A stretch of 64,000 nt of DNA from Toensbergia leucococca. Lineage: Eukaryota. The position numbers and the translations under genes were made by a program. Location: contig JALDZS010000016.1 of NCBI GenBank assembly GCA_022813965.1, forward strand, positions 124,001 to 188,000, in the 5' to 3' direction. The notes under the pieces are model-generated. The model searched no databases. It saw nothing but the letters and a program-made list of their open reading frames with translations, and was not told the origin of the DNA. Positions 11,846-28,743 of the stretch are shown in pieces. Position 1 is the stretch's first letter. Each line of letters opens with the position of its first letter.

Positions 11846-13241
11846 TCACTCAATCAACGGCTTCCGTGTTGATCCCACCATCGTCATGCCCAGTGTGTGC
11901 AAGGCGTTGTAGTCATTCATCCGTACGATTGTTGGTGCCGGGAGCCATGGTGCTTCGGGATCCACGTGTGCGGCGTCCCTTGCGGCTTGCTCGATTGCTT
12001 CCATTTCTTCCTTGCAGCCAGCATGGTCGAGGGGGCAGACCACGATGGGTTGTCGTAGTAAGATGTCCTTTGCCGAGGCCATATGCGCCTAGATATGAGA
12101 ATCAGATACGAGCCCAAATGCAATAAATGCCAATTTAATTAGACCATACCTTGACAGTCAAATAATATTCGATTTTGTATAAACTTCCTGTCGTCGAAAA
12201 GCCACTGACCGAGTACATTGGAAAGGCCTGCTTCCCTCTCGGAATAATCCCCTCATTATCACGCATGTCCTTCGCCGGAAACACCAAGCCGAGATTCGTA
12301 AAGTAGCCAGCCTCGGGCATTTTCACACCCACGGTCTGCGTCTGCTTCGCTAGAGTCTTGACTTTTCGCTGGGGCTCATCCCCTTCATGATTAAATACGA
12401 TCTCCTCGTCAATCCCGATTGTGATTTTTTGTATCGTCACTCTTTTTGCTTTATTCAGCCAATCCGGATTAGGCGAAAGCTTGATATAAACACTGACTGG
12501 ATCCAAAGGACCATATGACCATCGGGGTAACGATATTCCCAGCGTGACGAGATGATCGGTGACTCTTTCTGCTGATTCTGGGCGATTGTACATGCCAAAC
12601 GTAGATAGGGTGTCATATCTTGATATAGGTACTGGAAAAGGGTATTTCTTCTGCTCCGTATGTCCTTGCTGAACCATTACCACCATCTCGTAGAAAGTCT
12701 CCGCGGTTCGGCTGGGTAGTTGCAGGCTTGCTGGGGGCACTCTTCGCGCAGTTTCTTCGCCTCCTCTTCCAAATGGGATAAATAGTATGAAAGGTAGGTC
12801 CATTGAGAAGACATTCTCGTACTCTTTCCCCGCAGGACATCGAAATAATAGCATCTCCTTGCCTACAATGTCGGCAATTTCCTTTCGCGGCGCTGCCAGA
12901 CGCCCTCTCGTGACGGAGTCGGCTGAGGGATGTATGGTCTCTCGTCGCTGGAGGCATATCGTGACTAGAGAGATAGACACTGGGGCAGATACTCCCGCCG
13001 TAGGTCGTATTTCGACTTTCCCTTCAATTCGAGGCTGTGATTGTCACCGAACAAGTATCAGCCACGAAGCTGTCCCAGTCTCTGCTTCTCCGCCTTGTCT
13101 AATTCCTCACTCACCAGTGTGGCTGATATACCAGGATAACCCACAAGATAGTTTGAATTGGGTGGACCTGGAAGTACTATTATTAACCATGCTTGAGCAC
13201 CATGTTGCATACACACCTGAGACTCGTACGAACGCTGTCAT
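11846..13241 (-). CDS. Arrestin-fold protein (probably Art1/Rgl1-like)
   Basis: Spliced MTAFVRVSGPPNSNYLVGYPGISATLPRIEGKVEIRP...DLPFILFIP...YKIEYYLTVKAHMASAKDI; four exons with canonical sites; the orthology call is from memory. Confidence 0.7.
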
Positions 13242-13647
13242 CTTTGGGATCAAGCTCAGAGCTTCTCTTAGCCCGCCCACAACATCCCGTCTTGATGAAC
13301 AAGACTATTTCATCTGTTTCAGCGACGCCGGAGACTTTGTGGTAGGTTTTGAAGTCGCAGATTCTCTTCTCGTTCGAGCAATCTGCTCGATCTGCCGGTA
13401 GTACAAGGATGCCAGTACTAATTCGAGTTATCTACATGGAAGACGAAGCATCGCAATGCTTAAGGCTTATCAGCAATTGGTAGGCTTGGATTAGCAGATG
13501 GGCAAGTCGAGATTTGGAAACATGCACATCTTTCATATGCTTGTGAATCACGTTGCGCAGAAGCGCCAAGATGGAGAGTTCTGGATCCCGGTCAGACCGT
13601 CTTTCCCATAACCTCACCCAAAAATGTGACCCAGCGCCATCTTCACA

Positions 13648-14274
13648 ATGTCTGTCACGGTAAGATCTCTCAGCTTAGCCTGGTAAACTAAGCCCTCAAG
13701 ACCATCGTAGCTAAAATGCCCCTCTCTACAGCTCCATACCGATCTCGGTGACCTCAAGATCGAAGTCTTCTGCGAAAGCGTTCCTAAAACGGCACAAGTA
13801 AAACCCCAATCCTATTCTATGTCCAATCCTCGATTTCGCATCTGATAGTTGTTTCTCTGTTCTCAGAACTTCCTGGCCCTTTGCGCCTCCGGCTACTACG
13901 ATTCCTCCCCCTTTCACCGCTCCCTCCCCACCTTCATGATACAAACCGGCTCTCCCTCGCATCTCTCCCCCAAAGTCAGCAACTCAATTTGGGAGACGGA
14001 TTTTGAGGATGAGATTCGCCCATCTCTCCGCCATAACGCACGTGGAATACTGAGCATGGCCAATAAGGGACCTAACACAAATGGCAGTCAGTTCTTCATA
14101 TGTTATGCGCCAGCTCCACATTTAGATGGAAAGAACAGTGTTTTTGGGAGATTAATAGGAGGGGAGGAGATATTGGGAAGATTGGAGGAGTTGGAAGTGG
14201 ATAAGAAGGGGAGACCGAAGGAAAGGGTAGAAATTAAAAGCGTCACCATGCATGCCAATCCACTCGCCGGTTGA
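13648..14274 (+). CDS. CYP10: Cyclophilin-type peptidyl-prolyl isomerase, PPIL3/Cyp10-like
   Basis: MSVT/LHTDLGDLKIEVFCESVPKTAQ/NFLALCASGYY...FHR...SMANKGPNTNGSQFF...HLDGK...HANPLAG*; two introns. Confidence 0.92.
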
Positions 14275-14477
14275 TGCTATAACGTTCATTTGCTCTCTGC
14301 TACTACCTCGCCGCTGCCAGGCCCTATTTTGAGTGGTATGCTCCCGGATTTGGGAAGACACCATATCTGGCCTGGAAAATGAGGAACCATTCCTGCAGAT
14401 CCCCATCCTCATAATGCACCAAGCCATTACGTATCTATCATGCATCGCTAAATTGCTCGACAAACAATCAAACACCA

Positions 14478-16227
14478 TCAGGTTTCTCCATAATCTACCA
14501 CGACGAAATCATCCTCCTCTTCCCCTCGACGATCAGTTGTCGCTCGGTGTGGCAGGTCCTCCGCTGAGATCTTGGGCGCAGTACTGAAATCTTCTTCTCC
14601 ATCCTTGACCGGAGGTGAATCGATAGCGCCGCCCTTCTCTATCGTCTCCTTAACGTATATTCCATCGGTTCCCATGTGAGTTTTCATGTCCGCCAAACCT
14701 AATTCTTCTTCGTCTTCCGCGCTTCTCTCGTACTCTTCCGTCTTGATCTGTGGATCTGGGTCCGGAGCGCAAAGACTCTGCACGTAGCTATTTGCAAGTG
14801 GATCTTCCAAAAGAATCGTGTAACTCAGTTCGCCGTTAATGGCTTTTTCGAGTACTGAGAAGAATTCTCTCCATGCCTTCGTACTTTCTGCGGGCATAGA
14901 ATCACCACCTGTGGTATCCTCAATATCAAAGATCGAGCCTTTGAGATCGTCACGAACTTGCGTGAGGAGTCCTTCGACTGTTGTGAAACGTCCGCCCATA
15001 GTTCCAGGAACCACCTCGATTTTACAAGCAGGGATCTTGAGCATACAGGTTTCAGACTTCAGAATATCGCGTCGAAGATCTCCGGAATTTTTCACCTCCA
15101 ACCAAATCCGCTTTCCCTTTGCCGGTACCTCACCACCAGTCTTAACATCGTTCGTTTTGTAGCCACATTTATCGCATACCATAGCAGAGATAACGACCTG
15201 TTTGAAATAGGGTATGTTCACCATCTGTAGGTTCAATAGAGATTCGTGTGCGCAGCCAGGACAGTTGGATGGCAAACTGTACATCTTATTCTCAAGTATA
15301 TCAACACCCTCCATACCATCACCTTCGTCAGCTTGGACCTGAGGCACGATGTGCGCTTTAGGTGCCTCAGCATCATTTTTACCAACGGTATCGTTTACTT
15401 CCGAATTTCCGAGACCCAGCGCAGCATTTTCTTCGGGCGACCTATCGTACTGCGTGTGCAAATATTTGCTATCGGTATCCTTAGGCGATGGCTCGATGTA
15501 GGAATTCCCAGCAGGATCGTCAATGGTAATGGTGAAGGGGTATCTACAGCCAAGCATCATCTTGATTAAGGGTTGCACAATTGCGTCAATCTTCTCGTAC
15601 ATCTCAGGCTCGTTCTTTTTCCTCTGCTTTTGACCATATTCGAGGTCTTTTAAAATCTCACTGAGGACGCCCTCGACGTTGGTGAGCTTCCCATGTCCGG
15701 CTGGTACCTCAATGTCTAGCTCTTCTACACGAAAGACGGCAGTATCGCTCTTAACCACTTGACGCTCCATGTCATCCAGGTGAGTCAAACGCAAGACGTA
15801 TTTCCCGCCTCGTTCTTGAATCTCCCCTGCTGACTGTACTTCGGTGTTTTTGAAATGGCAGTGATCGCAATAGAAGGACATTAGAATTATCTCGCGAAAA
15901 TAAGGGATTTTGGTTAGGAGAAGCCGTGTAGTGCCCTGCGAAACACAATGTATTAGTATAAGAACCTTAGTATTGTTATGCTGTTCCACTTACATTCTGC
16001 TCGCAATTCATACAAAGACTCTCTATCTCTTCAACCACCCTAGGGCCACCATCGTCATAGTCCTCCTCGTCGTGTTGATCGGCGTCATGATCCGCAAATT
16101 TTCCATCTTGAACTGACAGGCCTTCGACTTGCTTGCCGACTGATTGAAATACATCGTCACGGGAACCGTCATCGGAGAGTTCCTTGTTCTCAGGACTCTT
16201 GGACTCCTTGTGTGAGCTGTCCTCCAT
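14478..16227 (-). CDS. ZPR1: Zinc finger protein ZPR1
   Basis: Two CxxC..CxxC ZPR1 repeats (ESLCMNC..IPYFRE..CDHC; CPGC..IPYFKQ..CDKC), DDPAGNSY/EDPLANSY; one intron. Confidence 0.95.
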
Positions 16228-17984
16228 ACTGTATGCAATCTATATTTCTTTTTGAGAAGCAAGGACGTTGATATTTAGTGATGAACCTCACTGTGGCAGA
16301 CGATTGAACTTATATGTACACGGAATAGAGCACCTTACGTCTAGCCCCAGGTGACTCACTATCATCATTCACAAGTCAGTCACTGAGCGTCGGACATAGA
16401 ATCATGTGAAAATGCAGCGGCTTGATTTCAATGAGAAGAGACTTTACCTTGTTGAATTCCGCGAAGAAGCTTAAGCCAGCTATGCTACAAAAGTACTCTG
16501 AATTGAATAAAAGTGCTCACTATTGTAGCTTTGGTGCTGATGTTTTCCGTCGCTCTGGAGTGAAAAGACTTGAGGGCGTTGTGGACTGTTCTAGATGATA
16601 CTCGACAAGATGTGACGCATTATTCACAGGGATTTGATTAGAGTTGACGCTAAAAATGTGGAGAATCTTTCGCTTAGCCCTACCATCCGAGCCATCGAGC
16701 CATCCTCATCCTCCCATCTCACTGAGCGCAATCCGATGCACCAAGCCCTTCGAATGCTTCACCTCAATTGAATTCTTCCTGCTGGCACTCTGAGTTCATC
16801 TTGTTCTCTCACAAGTTGAACAGTTTAAATGGACCGCCCTTACTTCTCGTCTCGCAGAGAAACAGATTTCGCTCCGAAGAGATTGTGGGAGTGATTGCAT
16901 TACCGCCTCCATTGCGATGCTGAGGTAAGGTATCTCCTTCGCCCTTTTGAGGTTTCATGTCGCTATTCAAGCAGCTGGAGTATCTACGCGAACTTTGTCG
17001 CATCTGATTTTGTGATGATATCACTTGGAAAGTCAAGGACAACAGGGAGAACCGCTTAAGTAATGACATGGTACGAGTAGGTGAAAAGGCATGGAACCCT
17101 AATTCGGAATAGTGAATGCGATATTAAGCTATTATTATCATTTTGATGTCTCGTACCTCTTCTCCCTTGATGCTACATCTGCATTCGCCCACTGCTGGGA
17201 AGGAGAGGGACGGGAGGTGGGTAGGAAGGTGGGGTGGGGTGTGGTGTGTTGTGGTGTGGTGTGGTGTGGTGCGGACTTTGAAGGGGAGGCGATTGCGACT
17301 ATTTTCGACTCTTCTTCTTCTTCTTCCTCATCTTCCTTTCTTCTTCTTCTTTCTGAAATTGCCAAATCCCCAAATCCTCAGATCCCAAATCCCAACCACA
17401 TTTCCCCCTCCCTCCCCACTCCTCCTCCCCCCCTCACTCACTCCCTCACTCACACCCCTCAAAAATTTGAAACATAAACCCCGACCTCAACACTCTTCAC
17501 ACCTCACACCCCACCTCACATTCCCCCCCTCCTCTCAATCTCTCATAGAAACTCGTTGAATTATTTTTTCACCACCTGGCACAAGGGTTTTTTTACTCTT
17601 TGCATGTATATACTCGTCTGTGTCTTTAGTTATCCATGGCCCTGATAGGCTGCGTGCAGAAATGGTAAAATAAAATGGAATTCATAAAAAATGGTTGGAT
17701 TATTCCTCATTTTTTTTGGTAGTGGTGGTTGTGGGTTGTGGGGTTTATGGGATGGGATAGAGGGAGTGAAGTGAGAAGAGTTGTTGGAGGAGGAGGAGGA
17801 GGAGGAGGAGGAATGCCGAAGTGAAAGGTGAATAGGGGGAAGTGTAGGTATTGGATTTTTGGCATCATTAAGGTAGGGGAATTGCAAGTATATTTCGTCA
17901 TGTCCAAAAAAAACAAGAACAATCCAGTTCCACAGGTAGGTGGTCTTGTCCCCCTACCCACCACTCCCGTCGAATAACCTCCAC

Positions 17985-19520
17985 TCATAACTCCTCTACC
18001 TCCTCCTCCTGCGCAACCATCGCACTCAACGGCCCCTTCTTGACCATCAAGGTCATGACTTCGTATAAAATATCTGCGGCAGCCATGGTGGTGTGCTCGG
18101 CGTTGGTGTCGTAGGCTGGGGCGACCTCGACGATGTCGGCAGCGATAAAATTAATGCCTTCGAGGCCGCGGATGATGGTGCGGAGTTCGCGGGTACTCCA
18201 ACCCCCGGTTTCGGGGGTGCCAGTTGCGGGGGCGACTGAAATGGAGGGGTTACTTGCGGGCATCACAGGTGTTAGATGTTAGGAAGTAAACATACAAGCA
18301 GGATCCAAAGTATCAATGTCGATACTTAAATATACCGGATTGGTTAAGCCAACTCTGTCCTTGATCTTTCTAATGATCCCATTCATTCCGATGATATCAA
18401 TCTCGCGAGCCTCTACGATTTCGAAGCCACAGTAGCCATCATTGTCATAGTCGCTAGGACCGGACAAGGTTGTGCGAATACCAGCGTGGATATTGGTGTC
18501 ATTTGCAAGAAGGCCTTCTGAGTGTGCGTGGTAGAAATAGGTTCCATGATTGATAGATGCTTGATGAGTGGGAGCCCCTCCGAAGACTTTGGGTTTCCAT
18601 GTGTCACTTGTAGGCTTATTAGTCTGGGCTGGAAACGTGTTTTTCAAGAGTGCAAGACTCACAGGTGACTGTCGAAATGGATGACTGTAATGGGTCCATA
18701 GGCTCTATTGACGCTTTTCAACAAAGGGAGTGTGATTGTGTGATCACCACCAAGAGTGATGACTCTTGGCAATGTCTTGCCGGCTTTGGATGGACCTTTT
18801 TTATTCGCATCAGTCGCAGGTGTGCGGCTTAGGATGCTATTGTGTCCTTCTTCGATTTGATAGATTGCGTAAGCATTGTCGTAGCTAGCAGAGATCAGGC
18901 TCGTATTCATGAAATAGATCATGAAAACCGATTACATACGAAGTCACAGGGATATCTCCACAGTCAAGGACAGTCGCCCAGCTATTGAATGGATTGGCGT
19001 CAAGCGGGACGTTATACCCACCACTAAAGCAAATCCTAAATAAGCATCCAATAGCAGGACAGGCAATTTTGGATGCGGCAAAATAGTACATACTACAAGT
19101 TCAGACGGCGGGACCCCTGCCTGATGCCACTGGGTCCAAATCGAGCGCCTGGGCGGTACGAGGTTCCAGTATCGAAAGGGGCGCCTAAAGTCAATTAATA
19201 CTCCGTCTGATGACAAGCCCAGGCTAGGTGTAGGAGTCTTACCAAGGATGGCTATGTCGTACTTCTCGTCATCACTGGCGAGACATGGGAAATATGGCAG
19301 ACGACCAAATGTTGAGATACCAGAGAAGACGGAATCAGCCTAGACTTTAGAGTCAGCCTCGTGGGTAATACCCAGATCTCGGGTGGTCTACCTGGGTACC
19401 ACCGTCACCTGGCAGAGCATTGTACCACAAGCTCTTATGCGGACCAGCAATGGGTGTTTGTTGGTCAAGGTGAGCAGCAACAGCAATAGCCAAGTAAGCG
19501 GTAGTAAGCAGTGTGATCAT
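17985..19520 (-). CDS. Agmatinase/ureohydrolase (arginase family) with N-terminal signal-peptide-like segment
   Basis: [59 protein letters not shown]; seven exons; hydrophobic N-terminus [16 protein letters not shown]. Confidence 0.92.
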
Positions 19521-20256
19521 TATGCTAATCAATTCAAAAACGAAGCCCTGTATGACAATTTGGAAGAAGAGGAAGAGGAAGGAAGGTGATGCATGATGGT
19601 GCACCAAGGTCGAAGGACGGTCGTCATGACACACGATAAGCTAGGGTATTGCATGCAGTAGCCACGGTGCATATTGAGTGCAGACATGCTAGGAATCTTG
19701 TTAGGTAAGAAAGGAAGGTTATTGAAGCCTTGTAGGATGAAGACGGCTGGCTGGGGAGGAACTTGGCACCTTGGGAAGGTGCTGCAGGGAAACGAGATTA
19801 GGTCAAGAGCCGCTGGCCTCTTATCGCAACCAGGCCAAAATTATTACCTACCGTATGTACCTACCTACCTCCTACTTACCTGCCTACTCTACTGATGTTG
19901 GGAATGATCCATTCGATGTTCCTAGGTAGGTAGCCAAGGTGGCAGGGTTGGTAGCCGTTATGCTTTTCTAGCTGACATTAAATCCTCATCCTCTGATCGA
20001 ATGAAGCCTTATCCGTATTATTTCAAGACACTGATGCCGTTCTAGAGTCTAGACCAACATCTCAAAGTCATGCTTCCTTCCATCGCACTCGCACCCAATT
20101 AATATTCATCATCGTTAATTTATTCAGTTGTACGTCTATCGAGTCACTTCATAGCTGATATTCTAAAATTCAAATACCACCCAATGGAGCATAAATTCGT
20201 TAAATTAAGAGTCCAATAACCCCATGTCAGCGATGCTCACCATCCTCACTATCTGC

Positions 20257-21867
20257 CTATGAAATTCCCTCTTCTGACCTCTCGCTCTCATCCATTCTCT
20301 CAAAGGCTTTCTTGACTTCGTAGTCCCAATTACTCCAAGCAACAATGATCCATTCACCAACCCCAACAATGTACAAAGCAATGCACTGTCCGACCCACAA
20401 TCCTTTGAGCCCCCATCCGTGAAACGCTAGGTATATCCCGAGCGGGAGGGCACCACAGTAATAACTGAGAATATTAACTGCAGCCCCAATATGTTGTCGA
20501 CCCATACCTCGGAGGCTACCTCCGCAGCTGCCATTGAGGCCATCTGCAATTTGAAATAGAGCAACGAACGGAAGCACCTCGGCCGTAAGCTTAACAACTC
20601 GCTCGTCGTTGTTGAAGATTCTAGCAAAGTTATCCTTCGTACCGATGAGGATGGCAAGTACCACGCTTCCTAGTATCATGCTGAGCCATGCTGCTGTGTT
20701 GGCAGCTCTCGCCGCACCTTTTGCATTCCTCGCCCCCAGCAAATTCCCAACTCTTGCGCTGGCAGCTACCCCAACACCGAATGGAATCGTATTCATTACC
20801 TGATCAGAAGTCATGATGACGCTCTGTGCTGCTAGTGGGATAGTGCCCAGTCTACCAGCCACCAACGCTACAATCTCAAAAGCCCACCATTCGGTCCCGA
20901 CATGAATGACGCCTAAAATGGCAAGTCGCGCAAAGGTGCCCATGTGATGCAAGGATTTCCACGACCACCCTCCCCAGGAATCCCAGCCTTGAACGAATCG
21001 CGCATATGCAAGTAGGAGCAGAAAGGAAAGCCAATACGATATCCCTGTTGCTAAAGGTGCTCCAAGAAGTCCAATTTTGAAGGTATAAACAAATAAAAAG
21101 TTTAGACCGGCATTGATTGGTGAAGTGATTAGGAGTACATAAGTTCCTGGGCGCATAATTTCTGTGACATGTCAGTCGTTGAAGCTGAGTGGGATGTCAT
21201 GCTCAAACGAACCTTGCGCTTGCAAAAACTTCTTCATTGCCTCAAAATATATATAGCCCAGCCCACCAGGGATTAGGCACATGAGAAACCGAGAGCTATC
21301 TCTCGATAATTGCTCCTCCTGACCCAAGGCCCTGAAAAGCGGCTCCGAGAAACACCATATAACTACAACAGGTATATAAAAGAAGCTCAACACAACAAAG
21401 GCCCTTTGTAGAAGTACACCCAAGTCATGAGGATCCTTACTGCCTGTAAACGTAGCCGAGCATAGCGTATCCATTGCTGTGGTTCCTCCCAGCGCTATGA
21501 GCCATGCTGTACTCATGGCGAACATGTACGAGAAAGCAGCCGTAGAAAGATCTTCCGGCGAGTTTCGGCCCACAATGACTACAGATAGGGTCTGTAATGA
21601 CATTTGCAGGGTATAGGCGAGGATGACAGGTACCGAGCCTTTGATGAGGATGGAGAATTCATTCAGCACAAGCCTTGACTTTGGAGTGTCTCCATCTTCC
21701 AAGTCGAATACTTCACCCTCTTGCTGGGCTTCGGATGAGTCCGAGTCATCCCCTGCCTTGGGTAGCAAAGATGAAGTTTCGTTTGAAGGTGTCGAAATTG
21801 GTGAGCCATTCGCATTGTAGGGCCTCTGTATGAATTTGGGCAACCATGAGGTAGCGTTGTTGTCCAT
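20257..21867 (-). CDS. MATE family efflux transporter
   Basis: AMDTLCS, KFLQAQG, EWWAFEI, RVGNLLGA, GSLRGMGRQ motifs; many hydrophobic helices; one intron. Confidence 0.93.
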
Positions 21868-23059
21868 TGAGACGTGTGCTTGGGGCAGTATTGAATGAAT
21901 TTCCTTGCAATTGCGCAAGGTGGGGAAATGACAGGTCCTCAATAGCGTGCGACTACCCAATGTCGAAGATTGAGTAAAAAGTTTCGAAGTATACAAGAAG
22001 GAATGAAAGGATCTGAAATGACAGCGGTAGCAACAAGGCTATCATGCATATGTCGTGGAACAATGACTGGACAGGGAAGCGGGAGCAGATAAAGACAGGG
22101 AAGATATGGAGGATCCAAAGGTACGGAATTTCGTCATGATTCTAGATGCACGATTAGCACGATGGAAAAAGGAAGTCGGAGCATTGTGCAAGACGTGACA
22201 TTGCTTGGATGCATTGCTTATCTCGATTGATTACACAATTGGCGTATTGAGGCGTCAATACGCTGGATTTCCGTAAGTGTGGGGATTCTGGGGACTCCAC
22301 CTTGCCACTCCGAGTATTCATTACGTACATGGACCCATCGAAGACCTGTCGAAGACCCGTCGATGAGTGCCACGCGGCAACTAGGACGCTGAACAATGCA
22401 CTGGTCAGCCATGGAAAGCCGACAAATTGTCAATCTGCATCAGACTCCTCAAAAAGTCCTCTAGCTCGATGGAGCAGGTCATTACTCCCGAGTCCACTCA
22501 TGTATCGTTGTATTGAATCAGTATTGGATGACAATTGATTTTTTGGGCTGATGGCGAGAGAGGAGACGAGGAGAAGTATCGAGGAATTTACTAGAGGACG
22601 AGGCTCGAACTCGCTATTTGAAATATCCATATGGTGGTAGGGTGCCCTCGCTAGAATAAGCATCGAAACATATATATTCTAGGGCTGAAGAAGTGCACGC
22701 CACCATGTCGAGGTGTATTTCTGTTCATGATTCTTTTGCAAGATGTGAATTACCCTTGCTGTAATTTGATACTTTTCTTGTTGCAAATTACACTGCCAAG
22801 TCTCAGCTACCTTGTTGTAAAAAGACAAACATACATCCCGTGGGTATCCCAAAGGCCAAGCTGCCGGAAGAATACACCCAAGACTCAAACATCCTCCTAT
22901 CATCATCATGCCGTGATCATTTGCTCCACTTGTTGCTCCTCCTGTCAAAACCCTCCACAAACACCACCCTCTTGATAGTCTCATTGTTTTCAACCCCAAG
23001 ACCTATACTCCCTCTATTTTTGCAACCCTAGCTTCCCATACCAATGCATTGTCTAAGTC

Positions 23060-25790
23060 TCACATCATGCAACCACCCGATTTACTACTACCCACTTCAC
23101 TCACCCCCAGTCTTACCCTCCTCTGCTCCTTAGCCCCAAGGTTGAAGCACCACCCATAAGTCTCCACCATCCATTCATACCACACTTTCCGTTGATCCGT
23201 ACGCCGATACATTGTCAAGGCTAATTCCGAGTTGTCAGGAAGGTATAGCGGCGTCTTCAATTGCTTTGGTTAGCTACGTCGAATTCTGCACTAGGGGCTG
23301 TAGTGAGGAAGGTAGAGGCTAGAGGTGGGAATATTGGACGGATAGAGACACACACCTTTAGCGGGAAGAATATTGGGAACCACGATATCATGCCTGCGCT
23401 TTTGCTTTCCATAGTTAGGGGGTTGGTGCTAAGCTCGACAGCCGGGTCGCTGTCGGTGGCGGGGTAGAGTATTGCTTCAAAGTAGCCCGCTAGACCATGA
23501 CAGGCTCCACGGTCGCGAGTGCGGAATGTGAGGCGGGCCTGGCGCGTGTTATGAGTATTTGTAGCAGGAATGGATGGGAGGGGCGTGTGCGTGAAGGACC
23601 AGGCTGGGAGGATGTTAGGGAGCGGGGATAAAGGATTTTGTTTCTCGCTTTCGTTTCCGCTTTTGTTGGGGGAGGCGCTTGGTGGCGGTGGGGAATAAGT
23701 AGAGAGGTAATCAATTGCGTGGAGCATGACTACATAAGGAGTTTCAGAGGCCGAAGAGTCGTTATGAGCACGAGCGCTAATGTCAGCGTGCAATTTGGGG
23801 GCGGCGATTGGAGTCAGGTGGGCCGTGTAGGAATGAGGAATTGAAATGCCGCAAGTTGGGTTGAGGAGGTGAAGTACGCCATCGAGACATTCAGGGGAGA
23901 GCTCGTTATCAGCAAAGGAGCCAAGGAGTTCAGAAATAAGAATATCGATCTTGTGGGGCGCTTTGGAGGGAGGTTGGGAGGTTTCGTGCCAGGGGCCTTT
24001 CCAGGAGCGCATGTCTGATTGGATGATATTGACTCGATTGCTCCAGTCGTTGACATTGTGGTGTTGGAGGAGGACGTAGGCGTTGGGGTTCTTCTCTACC
24101 GCCCAAAGCTCGACGTCAACGCCAGCTGCTTCGCTTGCTCGGAGGGCCCTTGTCACTAAGGGTCCCCGGCCAGCCCCAGCTACTGCAACGACAATTCGGC
24201 CATCCGGACTCGATTTTGGTTTTTCATACTTCGCCCAATCACTTAGTGCTCGCGTCACGGCCTTTTCATAACGGTCATATTTAATAGGGTCCTTCTCGAA
24301 GACTTCATAGGTGATACTTTCCAAATTGTCCGTCAAAGGCTGCAAGGGAGCCTGGAGAAAGTCCTGATAGTAGCCATCACCATAGCGTTCGACCGTCGTC
24401 CTTGGTGGTTGCTTTCGTTGTAGATTTCGGATATAATTTAGATGTGGTGTGGTCTCCTTGATTTTCTTGCTATTTGCTTGCTGGTGGTGAAATGATTCGG
24501 CAGGAGTAGGTGATGAAGGGGCGTCAGCTGCAGCATTCGGGCTGATGAATCCATCCGCCATATCTACAATCATGTTCGGGTTGTCGAGACCTGGGATCGG
24601 GCCTACGTCGCAGAGCATGATCCATGGTGGGGTTTTGAGACGCATGTATCTGTTGATAAGAGATTGATGGGTCCTAGCTAGGACTGGGTAGCTGGCATTG
24701 TTTTTTAAGAAGGTCTCGGAGTTTAGGGCAAGAAAACGCAGAGGCTCTGAATGCCAGCGGGACTGAACTGGTAGGGGTGGTAGATGTCGGGGTAGCAAGA
24801 GAGCTGTGTCCAGCATGATTAGCCATCCGGCATTGTGTAATAGAAACTGATAAAGGAGACCAAAAAAAGAAAGAGGATAATACCTCCTGACACCACAAAG
24901 AGACTGCCTCGAAGCACCAGAGACCAGATGGGATGCAAGATCCACACTAAAAGAAGCAGGCAAGAATGTTCCGTGGAGAATGACCGAGGACAATGGAGAT
25001 ATTATTTTGATTCTTACCTACGAATAACCTAGTGTTATATTTACATACAGTCCTGATGATATTCCACGCGTCCCAGGTGCCATACACGTCCGCTTTCTTC
25101 AATTTCTCATCTACTGTTGTTTCAATATACTCATCCCGCGCAAAAGGCGCAAAGCTTCCCATTTCATCGTTGCCGTCGGCACTCGGATTATCCACCATGG
25201 GCAACATGATCTGAATCTGGATATAGCTTGCAATACTGAGCGCTTCTTGTATGGCATGAGCGTACTGTGTCACCCCCTCGCCATGCATACTGCCATGGTG
25301 CAGCTTTGGGCCTTGAATTATGACGTTTCCAACTCCACAAAAGGCTGCATACGCTATCTCCATATTCAAAACCTGGCGCGAGATGTTGTATATGAGAGGA
25401 TCTGGGGAGCTCAGGTCGATCCAGGGGCTAGCAAACGCGAGGAGCTGTGATATGATGTGTCCAGGGGTCAAAGGTGTATCTACCAGCGATAACGATGGAA
25501 TTGTGGGCGATGGAGGTTGTCCATTTCTGATGTCTGCAGGATTGGAGCTGAGCTCCGATAAATGGGTTGAGAGCAGACTTAGCACTCGGTTATGAAAATA
25601 CGGTGTCGTGATAGGAGTTGTAAGCATGTCATACTGCAGAAAAGAATCAGTAGTCGGCAATAGCCACAGCGCGATGGTCGGCGCAACTCACGTTGCAATT
25701 CTGGGCCTGGCGCAGAACTTGGTCGGTGACTGGTAAGGAGCGCTTGCTCTCATGTTGACCCACGTAGAAGGTTGGCGTGCTGTCCTCCAT
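23060..25790 (-). CDS. SKB1: Protein arginine N-methyltransferase 5 (Skb1/Hsl7)
   Basis: SPWIDL, LQAPLQPLTDNLESITYEVFEKDPIKY, GAGRGPLV, VEKNPNA, SELLGSFADNELSPECLDG, MISWFPIFFPLK; introns include 24804-25017. Confidence 0.96.
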
Positions 25791-26179
25791 TGATGTAGAC
25801 GAATCCATGCTGAAAGTAGGTCGCAGAGAATATATCCTGGCTCAAGCTTGCCTTGATCCACAAAAGGGGGAAATCCAACCGTTGGCGATGCGAGGCTACA
25901 GTACACTCCCCGGAAGCTTCACCCAAGTGTACTTGAATAGATCTGGGACGCTATTGATTGGTAGAGAAAACATATGAATTGAGAATGATTCCAAAGAGGA
26001 GATGAAGCTTGCACCTTGCGCCAACGGATCAAATAACCTCCATATTCCGCATCAACTTCGGTCAACATTTGAGTTCTTTCATCAACATGACACTGCAGTT
26101 GCGATTCGATACACAGAAGGCATAGCAGATTACATAGCCTATCCTCATCTTCAGTGGCCCATACGCCGCTCCATCATTC

Positions 26180-28743
<2,564 letters not shown>

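Noticed and set aside
13260..13700. Recurring CTTAGCC/GGCTAAG-like words near several gene starts
   Set aside because: Short and degenerate; enrichment cannot be established without counting against background.
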